Positions 46,186 to 57,400 of a stretch of DNA of 64,000 nucleotides are shown here, one piece after another. The notes under the pieces are model-generated. The model saw only the letters and a list, made by a program, of their open reading frames with translations. It was not told where the DNA came from and ran no database searches. Within the stretch, counting starts at the first letter, position 1. Each line of letters begins with the position of its first letter. The DNA lies in contig JBITAJ010000022.1 of NCBI GenBank assembly GCA_044440125.1, positions 192,001 to 256,000 of the forward strand. The letters are read 5' to 3'. The position numbers were made by a program, and so were the translations under genes. Source of the DNA: Sedimentisphaeraceae bacterium JB056 (GTDB lineage Bacteria > Planctomycetota > Phycisphaerae > Sedimentisphaerales > Sedimentisphaeraceae).

Positions 46186-49100
46186 TTAGTTAAATACACT
46201 GAACTGAGTAGCAAATATAGCATAATCGCTAAGATCGATAACGCCATCAGAATTCAGATCAGCAGAACACATGCAAACACCATTATAAGTTTCCAACCAG
46301 AATGATGCCAGTATCTGCAAGTCAACACTATCAATATCAAGGTCAATATCCATATCTGCAGTAAACGGACTCGAACTTGTCTCGTCAGCTCCGGCATCTA
46401 CAGGTATATCGCCAAGCGGCCTTCTCTGCTGATCGAAATCACAGAAAAGCTCCTGAACCGCGTCAACATATTCGCCGCCACCGACATTAACAGCAGCCGA
46501 ACCTATATTGAGGTGATAATCACCTTGCCTGTCTATTTCAAGATATCTCATAGTGATAAAGTTGCCTCCTTCATCAAGAACCGCTGATGCAACAAGTGTA
46601 TTATTGTACGGATCAACGAACTGCGGCAACCCCATGGCATTTCCGACGCTGTAATCATTACCCATTGAATCAGTGAGACTGCTAAGCAAACAATTCTCAG
46701 GATGCAGAGTTTGTGAAGGCATGGTCCTGTTTATTACTGCCATATCCCATATAGAATCATTGGTATTGATAGTAATATCACCTTGACCACCATTAAGAGA
46801 AGCATCCCAGTAAAATGAACGATTTCCTGTGATTATGTTATCAGCAAGTACCGGATCACTATATTGTTGCAAAGAAGCTACTGCCAAAAGCAGACTGTTC
46901 ATTGCAGAAGCCACACCTGCGGGCTGCGGATTTGATTGAGAAAGATTTCCGGCAGTAAACGCATTAGCCGCAGTCGCCGTACTGTCATTATTGGAAATGG
47001 TATTACTGATTATACGGCAATTGACCGTATCACTGAGGTATATACCACCGGCAGAATTGGCCGCTACGTTATTTACAACAATATTGTTATAGATATACAG
47101 TTTGTTCCACATCTCAGGTGATTCAATATTATCTATGACATCAAGGCCGTTCACAGCATCAGCACATATGCCGCCGCCATGACCGGAACCGGCAATATTG
47201 CCTTGTATCAGGTTAGCATTAACGACTACACTTCCGGTGCCGTCTCTGGCCTCAGCCGGATCTTCAACATTAGTTTCTGAACCAATGTAAATACCGCCGC
47301 CATCGCCGCCAATCTCTCCACCGTAGAACACTTCATTGAAGACTATCTGGTTACGGGCAATAAGACCGTTACTAATACCTGAGTGGCATATACCTGCACC
47401 TGAATAGCTTGAGAAGTTACCCATAATCAGGTTATCTGTGATTTCGTAACCATTGCTTGAATCATATACGGTAACGCCGCCACCACCGGTAACACCACCG
47501 TTCTTGAGAATATGGTTATCATATATCTTGACATTATCATTAGATGTAACACCGACTTCCTGCTGACCTATTACTATACCGCCGCCGAAAGTACCTTGAT
47601 TACTCTTAACTTTATTATTGCGTGCCTCGAAATAATGAGCATTGCCCGCAATATAAATACCGCTTCCAGATGAAGAGCCTGTTATCTGAAGACCGTCAAC
47701 CATTGCCGATCCGCCTTCCACAAATTCGCCTGGCATTGTATAAACAAGTATTCCAGGAATCGTCGCCGCATCGAATATTGCAGCACCTGTAGGTATCATA
47801 TTAGCAGCAAAAAGACTCTCAAGCCTTGCGTTCCAGTCGGCTGTTCTTTCAGACGGCACACTCATTGAATTAAGAATTGTCGATTCTGCGCCAGAACCCT
47901 GCAGTGTTACAGGTTTATAAACAATCGGACTCTCCCAGTAAGTGCCTGGTTCGATTATGATTAATGCACCATCTGATGCAGCATCTATAGCATCCTGTAT
48001 AGGAGTTGCAGGGTATTCGGCTCCTCCGCTTACATGAATTACGTTTCCGCATGCATCAACATGCAATGTCACACCAAGATCACTAACATTGCTGTTGTCA
48101 CCTCTGGTTACTTCTACCTTGCCGGTATCAATACTGGCAAAGCTTACAGTAGCTTCTATAGTCGAATTCGACCATGATGTTATATTTAGAGACTGTCCAC
48201 CGACAGTGACTGTACCTTGAACAGCACCAAAACCGAAATCTCTTTGGATAAGCTCCGGGAATGCCGGATTGTCCGGATCATAGTCAGGATTTGGAACCAT
48301 TTTGTCACCAACTGATGTAATTGTTACTGTTGCCCCGTCATTGCATATTATCGGACCGCCATCAGGACCTTCAACTGAATAAATCACAGGTGTTCCATCT
48401 GCCGGCTCAACATCAAGCTGTCTGTTAGGATACCCTACGAACGCCGCTACAGGGAACAGAGGAGTATCCAGATAAGTTGTTGCACCCGGCATAAACTGGA
48501 AGGTAAACGGAGACTGACTGTAATCAGGATCATAATATGGGTCTATTATCATCTGCCCAGGGTTCTGCGGGTCAGGAATAGGACCGGGATGATTAATGAC
48601 AAAAGTCAGCATCTGAGGTGACATTCCAGAAGGAGCCCCAAGACTATTAGTAAATGTCGACGGCAACATTGCATTATAAGCACCGAATTCATCGGAATAA
48701 ACGCGTGCAACTTCATTTCCTGCCCAATCCATAAATGAAATCGGAACCCATGAAGGAGCAGATTTCTCACCGAATATCGGACTGGTTGGATCAAACTCCG
48801 CCGCAAGATCATTGTTTATAAAACCTACTGCACGCGCTGCTTTGGGAACCTTCGTAAAGAAGAAGAACTCTACCGCAGCATTCTTTGCATCAGCCACAAT
48901 TATTTTCTTTCTATCAGGCAAAGGTCTTGTCTGGCCGGCAAAAGGAGCTTCTATAAGATCAGCCGGATCAATACCCGGAAGAGGTACTCCATTCTCATCA
49001 GTCTGAAAACTCATATATTGTGGAACTACGCGAGGCTCACCCACGCAAATAGGAGGCAAAGCCAAATAACTTGGCGTAAATTCATCACCAAAATCAACGT

Positions 49101-51327
49101 TTCTGTCCTCTTCTTTTACAAGGTCATAGCCCGGAGGAGTAATAGCTTCCACTATATATGCACCACCTGGCAAACCATCAACTTCTTGACTTCCCGAATC
49201 TCCACCTCCTGGAAAATATGAAGCAAAGGCATACCCACCGTCAAAAACACCAGGCTGAGCCTGATTCCACGTACCGAAATTATCAAATCCCGGTTCTACT
49301 TCCTGGCCATGTATAACCGGTAAAGTCTCATGTATAGCCCATGTCGGAGCACTGTCATCCCAACTATCCGTTGTGGTTACCTGTATAGCGTCACCATATT
49401 CAAAAATACCGTTATCATTGTGATCAACATCTTCAGGCCCCTTAGCTGCCGGCATATCCATCCATCCGAAAGGATAGTTGTCAACATCAGCAAGCGTTAC
49501 CTCGTTATCGCCATTCACATCATCAATGATATCATCAGCATTGACGTCTTGATATAAATTCAACTGTACTCGCGGAATACCCGGCTCCCATGGCTCTGCA
49601 GCAGAATATCGTGGATCATCCTCAGCACGGGTTACTGCATAATAAACCATACCAGATATTCCACCATTCTCTCCCTCACCGTAAAGATTTTTTCCCCACT
49701 GGAATATATTGTGCTGTCCAAGGAAAAGATGCATTGCACGGGTTAGAACTTCACCTGTTTCAGTAAATGAAAGATTGTTTCCTGTATTTGGGTTTATTAT
49801 AGGATTGCCTTGAGGATCATATTGCGGTTGAGGATTAAGAACATCGAATGAAGGCATATCCCAACCGTTATCGGCCGGTATTTCTCCGCCATAGTCAACG
49901 ACAGTCGTCAAACCGGTAGCTTTATAACGGGCGAAATCCACTTCGGTCACCAACCATTTAAAGAACGGGAAGACTTCTGTCAATTCATAGTCACCCATAG
50001 GGTCAGTTACAGTCGACTGGTATATAGTACCATCTCTGAATCGAATATTAATCGCCTGATCACGAATTCCCATCTCGCCTTCATCACGGAAGCCGTCTTC
50101 ATCAGTATCAAGAAAAACACTGCCTGAAAGAGAACCGAACCATCTGAAGCACAAAACATCACCTATATCAACGACACCACCTTCCTGAGGTATTGTTATC
50201 TGGCTGAAACCGAAAATCGAATCAAGGTTTTCATCCCATGTTACAAGCTCATAAGTACCTGGAGGCACATCTGATATAGTAAATGTACTATCGGAATTAC
50301 AAGGTGCGGTATAAAGCCCCTGACCGCTAAGAGAGTTCAAACCAACCCATCCACTTTCAACCAGTTCACCGGACCAATAGCCTTGAAGATAAGGCGGCCT
50401 GTCAAAATGGTTAAAAACAAGTTTTCCTGTAAGGTCACCTGTCGTCTCACCAGGATTATCAATAGTTTCAAGAGCATCAAATTGCTTTACAAAACCAAAG
50501 AAAGTATGATAGCCGGCAGGACCGAACTCAACAAAGAAAGGCGGTTCATTGGCCTTAACCCAAGCATCAACCGTTGGAGTACCCTCTATAGTACTTGTTT
50601 GTATCCAGCCCGTATCACCAGCTGGTGGTATAACAACGACACCAAATTTGCCGGGAGGCAAATTCTTTATAGTTAATTCACCGTTAGCATCTGTTCGGGG
50701 AACCATATCACCCATCATTTCGACAATCGGATTTCCATCTTCATCAAAGATAAAATCACCATTTTCATCTTTTTGATAGGTTGTTCCGAGCATATTCCCA
50801 AACGCATCAAGCATTTGCTGACCGGCAATATCACTGATAACTACACCAAAACCCTCCAAACCCTGCTCTCCATCATCGGGAGCATTGTTTATAGGGGCAT
50901 TATCGTGAAATACAAGGATAGTTATTTGAGCTGTCGGCAACGGCTCATCGTTAACGACAACCTCAACATCCGTCTGACCTATAGCTACATTTTTTCCGCT
51001 CATGCTGTAATCAACGTCAGGAAGCACCGAAAGCATATAACGCGTATCAGAAGACACATCTATTTGGGCAGTCGATGTGTCACTGCGGCCTTTCATTACT
51101 ACTGGAGCATAACTCTTATGTATGCTTACCGCCAGCGAGTCAGACACCTCCGCACCAGGGATGGTATTATGACTGGTATCCTCCTCCAGCAACCAAGAAA
51201 AACCATTAACCGGCGACCCCTGATTATCAACCAAATTAACGGTAAGTGCATAAGAAAGATGACAATAAAGGACACAAATCCCAATTATGGTCCTAACTAC
51301 ATTAGAACTTATTCTTTGATCAGACAT
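46186..51327 (-). CDS. 1713-aa secreted surface protein: CnaB/SdrD-B-like beta-sandwich repeats, IPT/TIG-like domain, right-handed beta-helix and a C-terminal dockerin-like module
   Basis: LSGSVFLDTDEDGFRDEGEMGI (SdrD-B-like); SWSNSTIEATV (IPT-like); IQDAIDAA..IIEPGTYWE plus GGG repeats (beta-helix); DMDIDLDIDSVDL..FWL...DLNSDGVIDLSDY. Confidence 0.75.
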   Translation of the reverse strand: MSDQRISSNVVRTIIGICVLYCHLSYALTVNLVDNQGSPVNGFSWLLEEDTSHNTIPGAEVSDSLAVSIHKSYAPVVMKGRSDTSTAQIDVSSDTRYMLSVLPDVDYSMSGKNVAIGQTDVEVVVNDEPLPTAQITILVFHDNAPINNAPDDGEQGLEGFGVVISDIAGQQMLDAFGNMLGTTYQKDENGDFIFDEDGNPIVEMMGDMVPRTDANGELTIKNLPPGKFGVVVIPPAGDTGWIQTSTIEGTPTVDAWVKANEPPFFVEFGPAGYHTFFGFVKQFDALETIDNPGETTGDLTGKLVFNHFDRPPYLQGYWSGELVESGWVGLNSLSGQGLYTAPCNSDSTFTISDVPPGTYELVTWDENLDSIFGFSQITIPQEGGVVDIGDVLCFRWFGSLSGSVFLDTDEDGFRDEGEMGIRDQAINIRFRDGTIYQSTVTDPMGDYELTEVFPFFKWLVTEVDFARYKATGLTTVVDYGGEIPADNGWDMPSFDVLNPQPQYDPQGNPIINPNTGNNLSFTETGEVLTRAMHLFLGQHNIFQWGKNLYGEGENGGISGMVYYAVTRAEDDPRYSAAEPWEPGIPRVQLNLYQDVNADDIIDDVNGDNEVTLADVDNYPFGWMDMPAAKGPEDVDHNDNGIFEYGDAIQVTTTDSWDDSAPTWAIHETLPVIHGQEVEPGFDNFGTWNQAQPGVFDGGYAFASYFPGGGDSGSQEVDGLPGGAYIVEAITPPGYDLVKEEDRNVDFGDEFTPSYLALPPICVGEPRVVPQYMSFQTDENGVPLPGIDPADLIEAPFAGQTRPLPDRKKIIVADAKNAAVEFFFFTKVPKAARAVGFINNDLAAEFDPTSPIFGEKSAPSWVPISFMDWAGNEVARVYSDEFGAYNAMLPSTFTNSLGAPSGMSPQMLTFVINHPGPIPDPQNPGQMIIDPYYDPDYSQSPFTFQFMPGATTYLDTPLFPVAAFVGYPNRQLDVEPADGTPVIYSVEGPDGGPIICNDGATVTITSVGDKMVPNPDYDPDNPAFPELIQRDFGFGAVQGTVTVGGQSLNITSWSNSTIEATVSFASIDTGKVEVTRGDNSNVSDLGVTLHVDACGNVIHVSGGAEYPATPIQDAIDAASDGALIIIEPGTYWESPIVYKPVTLQGSGAESTILNSMSVPSERTADWNARLESLFAANMIPTGAAIFDAATIPGILVYTMPGEFVEGGSAMVDGLQITGSSSGSGIYIAGNAHYFEARNNKVKSNQGTFGGGIVIGQQEVGVTSNDNVKIYDNHILKNGGVTGGGGVTVYDSSNGYEITDNLIMGNFSSYSGAGICHSGISNGLIARNQIVFNEVFYGGEIGGDGGGIYIGSETNVEDPAEARDGTGSVVVNANLIQGNIAGSGHGGGICADAVNGLDVIDNIESPEMWNKLYIYNNIVVNNVAANSAGGIYLSDTVNCRIISNTISNNDSTATAANAFTAGNLSQSNPQPAGVASAMNSLLLAVASLQQYSDPVLADNIITGNRSFYWDASLNGGQGDITINTNDSIWDMAVINRTMPSQTLHPENCLLSSLTDSMGNDYSVGNAMGLPQFVDPYNNTLVASAVLDEGGNFITMRYLEIDRQGDYHLNIGSAAVNVGGGEYVDAVQELFCDFDQQRRPLGDIPVDAGADETSSSPFTADMDIDLDIDSVDLQILASFWLETYNGVCMCSADLNSDGVIDLSDYAIFATQFSVFN

Positions 51328-51706
51328 TATATATTCTCCTTCACTAAAGACAATTTTATCCCTACATGATTAATGCATTGTATTAAAATAAATCATCAAA
51401 AACAATAAGGAGATTCCCTATTTTAGGTTGAGCTAAATGAAAAATTTGATGATATTATCATTTGATATTTTCCAAAACCACAAGCCTTTGCAGCTTTCCC
51501 AAAACCATCCTAATTAAGCATTAACTTGATACAACACAACAACTTACTACACTATCCAATCAAATGAAACCCACGACAAAATAGTAAATAATATAATCAG
51601 ATACCAAATTTGATTGAAATCTCGCCTAAAATAAAACTCTTAAAAAAACTTGCAATTTCCATACTTGTGTTCTAAAATTCTTCATAGGATAATTATGGAG
51701 AGAAAA

Positions 51707-54001
51707 ATGCAGAGAAGGTTAATTAAAATCGCCGGAGCAGTTCAGGGCGTAGGTTTCCGTCCTTTTGTCTACAATCTGGCAAATCAACTTGATATTTGCG
51801 GCTACATCGCTAATACCACCGAAGGTGTCCTAATAGAAGCACAAAGCTCACCTGAAACGATAGAATCTTTCACAGAATCAGTCATAAACAGGTCTCCACG
51901 GCTTGCTTCTCCGCAATTGGTTTCATCTAAACTGATTCCTATTGTTGAAGATGACGATACCTTTGTGATAAAATGCTCGATGCATACTTCTGAAAGAAGA
52001 ATGTCTATAACGCCCGATTCTTCTGTTTGCGACGACTGTTTGAAAGAAATGCTTGATCCAATGGACAGGCGGTACCACTACCCTTTCATAAACTGCACTA
52101 ATTGCGGCCCAAGATACACTATCGCTTTTGATATTCCATATGACAGATCAAATACAACAATGTATAAATTCAAGATGTGTCCGGATTGTCAACGGGAATA
52201 TGATGACCCGGATGATAGGCGGTTTCACGCTCAGCCCAACGCATGCCCTGTTTGCGGGCCTAAAGTTTGGCTCACGGATGAAACGGGTAAGCTTACTCAA
52301 TGTGATGATCCGGTAGATGAAGCAATCAAACTACTGGAACAATCAAAGATTCTTGCAATCAAGGGATTAGGCGGGTTTCATCTTGCTGTTAGAGCTGATG
52401 ACACAGAAGCTGTTGAGCGGCTTCGCAGCCGAAAGTATCGTAAAGCAAAGGCCTTTGCTCTGATGGCAAAAAATATCGAAGCGGCTTCACAATTTGCAAT
52501 GATCAACCCATGTGCAGAGAAGCTTCTTAACGGCATCGAAAGACCGATAGTTCTATGTCCTAAAAAAGACAATGATTCTATATGCGAACCGGTTGCTCCA
52601 AAATCACATTACTGGGGCATAATGATGCCTTATACGCCACTGCATACACTTTTAATGGCAGGTAATTATCCGGCACTGGTAATGACCTCCGGCAACAACA
52701 CCAATGAAGCGATTGAGACTGATAATGATTCAGCGGTAATTAAACTAAGAGGTATTGCCGACAATTTCCTCTTTCATAATCGCGACATATATACATATTG
52801 TGACGACTCTGTGGCTGCAGTAGTTAATAACCACCCAATGATAATACGAAGAGCGAGGGGATATGCTCCACGCCCGATAGCCGTCAAGCGGCAAAGCAAT
52901 GTAGATATAATAGCGGTTGGTTCAGATTTAAAAAATTGCATAACGTTGCTTAAAGATAATCAGGCATATACCAGTCAGCATATAGGTGACCTTGAGAATC
53001 CTTCCACACATGAATCGATGAGACAAACAATAGATAAACTCAGCGCTCTTACTTTCGCACATCCTAAGGTTGTTGTATGTGATATGCATCCAGCTATGTT
53101 TTCCACACGAATTGCTAACTCAATGAAAATGCCGGTAATAAAAATTCAGCATCATCATGCGCATATCGCAGCGGTGCTTGGAGAACATCAACTCGAAGGC
53201 AGCGTTATAGGACTTGCGATGGATGGTGCCGGTTACGGCACTGATGACACAATATGGGGTTGCGAGTTTCTGCTTGCAAGCAAAAAAGAATTTAAACGTC
53301 TGGCTCATTTAGAAAGTATACTAATGCCTGGCGGCGACATGGCTGCGCGTCAAAGCTGGCGAATGGCAGTTAGCTATCTTCTGCGAAGCTTTGGATATAA
53401 GCAAGGCACACAATATGCTCTGGCTTTGCCTTTTGGTATAGATCCAGGTGATATTGAAGTAGTTATAGAAATGCTCAAAAAAGATATCAACTGCACCCCT
53501 TCTTCGGGATTAGGAAGACTCTTTGATGCGGTCAGTTCACTTATAGGAGTATGTCAAAGAAATGAATACGAAGCACAGGCAGCTATAGATCTTGAATACA
53601 TGGCAAATAAGGAAATAGGCGATGCATACGACTTTATTTCATCAAAAGAAAACAATGAATTATTGACTATTTCCGCCAAGTATGTAATTGCCGAGATAAT
53701 CGCTGACATGGAGAGAAACATTGAGACATCAATTATCAGCGCAAAGTTCCATAACGCCGTAATAAATATGTTAGAGAAAACTTCATGCCAACTTGCCGAA
53801 TCACACAACTGCAATATCATAGCACTTGCAGGTGGAGTTTTTCAGAATCGTTTCATTCTTGAAAAACTCATCTATAGACTCAAAGATAAAGGACTTGACG
53901 TATACTACAATGAAAGACTGCCTGTCAATGACGGCAGCATCTCATTTGGTCAATCAATTATTGCCGATGCAATATACGCTCAACAAAATCAGCCATCATA
54001 A
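51707..54001 (+). CDS. hypF: Carbamoyltransferase HypF
   Basis: VQGVGFRPF acylphosphatase domain, CxxC zinc fingers (CTNCGPRY, ACPVCGP), KGLGGFHL, QHHHAH and PVNDGSISFGQ; GGAG RBS before 51707 (alternative ATG at 51695). Confidence 0.96.
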   Translation: MQRRLIKIAGAVQGVGFRPFVYNLANQLDICGYIANTTEGVLIEAQSSPETIESFTESVINRSPRLASPQLVSSKLIPIVEDDDTFVIKCSMHTSERRMSITPDSSVCDDCLKEMLDPMDRRYHYPFINCTNCGPRYTIAFDIPYDRSNTTMYKFKMCPDCQREYDDPDDRRFHAQPNACPVCGPKVWLTDETGKLTQCDDPVDEAIKLLEQSKILAIKGLGGFHLAVRADDTEAVERLRSRKYRKAKAFALMAKNIEAASQFAMINPCAEKLLNGIERPIVLCPKKDNDSICEPVAPKSHYWGIMMPYTPLHTLLMAGNYPALVMTSGNNTNEAIETDNDSAVIKLRGIADNFLFHNRDIYTYCDDSVAAVVNNHPMIIRRARGYAPRPIAVKRQSNVDIIAVGSDLKNCITLLKDNQAYTSQHIGDLENPSTHESMRQTIDKLSALTFAHPKVVVCDMHPAMFSTRIANSMKMPVIKIQHHHAHIAAVLGEHQLEGSVIGLAMDGAGYGTDDTIWGCEFLLASKKEFKRLAHLESILMPGGDMAARQSWRMAVSYLLRSFGYKQGTQYALALPFGIDPGDIEVVIEMLKKDINCTPSSGLGRLFDAVSSLIGVCQRNEYEAQAAIDLEYMANKEIGDAYDFISSKENNELLTISAKYVIAEIIADMERNIETSIISAKFHNAVINMLEKTSCQLAESHNCNIIALAGGVFQNRFILEKLIYRLKDKGLDVYYNERLPVNDGSISFGQSIIADAIYAQQNQPS

Positions 54002-54669
54002 TGGCCTGCGGCCCGGCCAATCACTGACCTTTGAGAATCAAGCCATTCGTACCATTTATCGGTGTTTTCACCGGTTTTGAACGAAATAGTAAGAACAGGC
54101 ACGGTTGAATTGAGCCGCCTGATATCCGCCATTACTTTTTCCATATCAAAGTCACAAACCGAAGCAAGATCGCTCTTAGTAATAAGCACGATATCTGCAA
54201 CGCGGAATATAGTCGGGTATTTAGCTACCTTATCATCACCTTCTGGTATGCTGTACAGTACGACCTTAAGATTTTCTCCAAGATCGAATTCTCCTGGACA
54301 CACCATATTGCCGACATTCTCAATAAATATTTTATCGTAATCTTCGAGTTCCATATCATCAATCGCCGCTGCGATCTGGTTGGCATAAAGGTGGCAACTA
54401 AGACCGGTATTGATCTGTATTGATTCAGCGGCTATACTGTCAACTCTTTCCGCATCGCGTGCAGTTTCAAGATCACCAACTATTACCGCACTTTTCTGTT
54501 TGCCTTCGTTAAGCTTGGCAATGGTTTTTTCCAGAAGCGTCGTCTTACCGCTGCCTGGAGAACTTATAAGATTGAAACAAACCGTACCGGCTTGCTCAAA
54601 CAGTGTACGGTTAGTGGCTGCTATCTTGTCATTATCATCAAGTATATGTTTGATCGCTTTTATCTTCAT
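53989..54669 (-). CDS. hypB: Hydrogenase nickel-incorporation GTPase HypB
   Basis: SSPGSGKTTLLE, CHL, ENVGNMVCP, EGDDKVAKYP and TKSDL motifs. Confidence 0.96.
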   Translation of the reverse strand: MKIKAIKHILDDNDKIAATNRTLFEQAGTVCFNLISSPGSGKTTLLEKTIAKLNEGKQKSAVIVGDLETARDAERVDSIAAESIQINTGLSCHLYANQIAAAIDDMELEDYDKIFIENVGNMVCPGEFDLGENLKVVLYSIPEGDDKVAKYPTIFRVADIVLITKSDLASVCDFDMEKVMADIRRLNSTVPVLTISFKTGENTDKWYEWLDSQRSVIGRAAGHYDG

Positions 54670-54687
54670 AATGACTCTCCTCTATTT

Positions 54688-55041
54688 CTAATCCTCATCG
54701 GATTCACATGTTATTGAATTTAATATTATATCATCTCCATCTACAATCTCAGCATCAGCTACCTTGCAAACTGGACAGAGAAAATCATCCGGCAGCGGGC
54801 TGTAATTCTTTCCGCATTTTCGACATCTCGCTTTAATATCGACTTCAATCATATTCAGCACCGCTGATTCAGCGATTGTATCTTTTGTTATTGACTGCCA
54901 TACAGTATTGAGAAACTCGGGAACAATCTGTTTAAGTTTGCCCGCCTTGACTTCGACTTCTGTTATCCTCGTTGCCCCTTGTGACTCTGCCTCGTCAATG
55001 GCACAGTTCAATATTTGCGACGCTATTGATAATTCATGCAT
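54688..55041 (-). CDS. hypA: Hydrogenase nickel metallochaperone HypA
   Basis: MHELSIA start, CRKC and CPVC. Confidence 0.95.
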   Translation of the reverse strand: MHELSIASQILNCAIDEAESQGATRITEVEVKAGKLKQIVPEFLNTVWQSITKDTIAESAVLNMIEVDIKARCRKCGKNYSPLPDDFLCPVCKVADAEIVDGDDIILNSITCESDED

Positions 55042-55049
55042 ATTAAACC

Positions 55050-56063
55050 TCAGCAAATTCTGGGAAGCTGCTCACCGTAAGGACGATATATAAGTCTTTT
55101 ACCGCCAATTGCCGTGTGCAGTTCTACATTATTATTCAAAGCAGTCATGTAACCTATTATTCTGGCATCTTTACCAAACTGATCACTACGACAGATATCA
55201 ACCACTTTTTGCGCATCATTTTTACCGGCTACAATTACGCATTTACCCTCATTAGCTACGATTAACGGATCCAAACCCAATAATTCGGCCGCATGTCTGG
55301 CAGAATGTGTTATCGGAAGACTTTCCTCTTCTACAATAATGCCCAAAGAGGTATATTCATTTATATCCGCTAACACGCCTGCAACACCAGCTCTTGTGGC
55401 ATCACGTATAAAATGAACAGCTGCCCCGCTGGCTGTTATCTTGTTCAGAAGACCATTAAGTGGTGCAACATCGCTTTTGAGTTGTGTTTGAAGAGAGAGA
55501 CCTTCACGGCAACACATTATTGCAAGCCCATGGTCAGCGATATTTCCTGTTACAATTATCGCATCACCTTCCGAAATATTTGAAGAATCAATATTGATTG
55601 AATCGTCAAGCTCACCTACACCGGCAGTATTTATGAACAAGCCTTCACCTTTAGTATTTTCGATAACCTTTGTATCACCGGTAACTATACTTACACCTGC
55701 CTTTTTCGCTGAGGAAGCAATCGAATCTATTATTCGTGCGAGCCTTTCAATCTCGAAACCCTCTTCAATTATAAGCCCAAGCGAAAGTGCCAATGGTTTT
55801 GCGCCCATAACGGCAAGATCATTCACCGTACCGCAAACTGCCAAGTTGCCTATATCGCCTCCCGGGAATTCAAGCGGTCGTACGACGTAAGAATCAGTGG
55901 TAAAGCAGATTTCCCCATCTACCTTCCCAAGTATAGCGCTGTCAGTAAGTGAACTTAGGTAGTTATTGGAAAGCCTGCTTACTATTATCTCTTTTATCAG
56001 TTCATTCGTAAGCTCACCACCACCTCCATGAGCCATTGTAATTCTACCTTTATTCATTGTCAT
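55050..56063 (-). CDS. hypE: Hydrogenase maturation protein HypE
   Basis: AHGGGG, TTDSYVV, VTGDTKV, RDATR and C-terminal PRIC; GAGGAGG RBS. Confidence 0.96.
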   Translation of the reverse strand: MTMNKGRITMAHGGGGELTNELIKEIIVSRLSNNYLSSLTDSAILGKVDGEICFTTDSYVVRPLEFPGGDIGNLAVCGTVNDLAVMGAKPLALSLGLIIEEGFEIERLARIIDSIASSAKKAGVSIVTGDTKVIENTKGEGLFINTAGVGELDDSINIDSSNISEGDAIIVTGNIADHGLAIMCCREGLSLQTQLKSDVAPLNGLLNKITASGAAVHFIRDATRAGVAGVLADINEYTSLGIIVEEESLPITHSARHAAELLGLDPLIVANEGKCVIVAGKNDAQKVVDICRSDQFGKDARIIGYMTALNNNVELHTAIGGKRLIYRPYGEQLPRIC

Positions 56064-57132
56064 GCCCTCCTCTGTTGAATCTATACCACGCCGCACATGT
56101 CCCCTCACTGCTTACCATGCAAGGTCCGAACGGATTTGCCGGAGTACATTTTGAAGCAAAAAGTGGACACTGATCAGGCGTGAGCTTACCTTGAATAACA
56201 TCTCCGCATCTACATCCGTTCTTTGGAGTATCTACTTCAATATCAAGATTATATTTAACCGCTCCATCAAAACGTTCATATTCTTTACGCAGCTTGTACC
56301 CGCTCATAGGTATCGTACCTATCGCTCTCCATGCAGAATCAGCGGGTTCAAATATCTTTTCAATTATATCAAGAGCCTTTGCATTGCCCTTGGGCTTTAC
56401 GATTTGTTGATATTCATTGTAAACACCATAATCATGCTCAATAAGCATCTTTACCGCTTCATATATCGAATCTATCAATTGTTCAGGCTCAAATCCGGCA
56501 ACAACGCATGGTTTGTGATACTGCGATGCTATATCTTTGTAAATATCTGAACCTATTATTACGCTCACATGACCGGGACAAAGAAAACCGTCTATCATAG
56601 ACTTTTGGTCTTCAAGGAGATATCTCATAGCCGGTATAAGGCGTTTATGACTGCTCAATATAGTAAAATTATCAAGTTTGCTTTTCTCTGCTTCAAGTAT
56701 CGCTGCAACAGTTGCCGCAATCGTAGTCTCAAAACCTATAGCCAGGAAAATAAATTGCTTATCGGGCTCTTCTGAAGCAAACTGTATTATATCGCGAGGG
56801 GAATACACAACACGAACATCTGCTCCTTCGGCCTTTCTGTCAGCCAGGCTCGTATCTGTTCCGGGCACTCGCATCATATCGCCGTAGGTACAGACAACCA
56901 CCTCTGGGTATTCAGTCAAAGAAATAGCGGCATCAATGTAACCTTGACAAGTCACACAAACAGGACAACCAGGACCGCTTATCAATTTGAGATTATCGGG
57001 AAGGAGGCTGCGCAGTCCGCTGCGCATTATTGAGACGGTATGTGTACCACATACCTCCATAAGACGAAATGTAGGTTTACCCTTGAGCATATCTCTGATA
57101 CGCACAAGCTTCTCACTGTTGCTTCTCTCCAT
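56050..57132 (-). CDS. hypD: Hydrogenase maturation protein HypD
   Basis: MEVCGTH, GPGCPVC, GFETT, PGHVS and GPCMVSSEGTC motifs. Confidence 0.96.
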   Translation of the reverse strand: MERSNSEKLVRIRDMLKGKPTFRLMEVCGTHTVSIMRSGLRSLLPDNLKLISGPGCPVCVTCQGYIDAAISLTEYPEVVVCTYGDMMRVPGTDTSLADRKAEGADVRVVYSPRDIIQFASEEPDKQFIFLAIGFETTIAATVAAILEAEKSKLDNFTILSSHKRLIPAMRYLLEDQKSMIDGFLCPGHVSVIIGSDIYKDIASQYHKPCVVAGFEPEQLIDSIYEAVKMLIEHDYGVYNEYQQIVKPKGNAKALDIIEKIFEPADSAWRAIGTIPMSGYKLRKEYERFDGAVKYNLDIEVDTPKNGCRCGDVIQGKLTPDQCPLFASKCTPANPFGPCMVSSEGTCAAWYRFNRGGHDNE

Positions 57133-57148
57133 TTTTATCCCTCCTGAC

Positions 57149-57370
57149 CTATTCGAGATACTTCCATATCTCCGCTGCGTCTTCAGCTCCTATCACCTCA
57201 AGTGACTGACCGGCATGTACAAGTACATAATCACCGGCTTGAGCCTCTGGTGTAAGCATTAGACTAATATTAGCAGTAGTGCCATTAAAATCTACTTTAG
57301 CTGTGCGTAAAAGTTCATTTTTATCATGATCTTCTACAGTTATTATTTTACCTGGTACTGCAAGACACAT
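57149..57370 (-). CDS. hypC: Hydrogenase chaperone HypC
   Basis: MCLAVPG...GDYVLVHAG. Confidence 0.95.
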   Translation of the reverse strand: MCLAVPGKIITVEDHDKNELLRTAKVDFNGTTANISLMLTPEAQAGDYVLVHAGQSLEVIGAEDAAEIWKYLE

Positions 57371-57400
57371 ATTCCAGTCTCCTCTCTCTATTTCAAGTTA

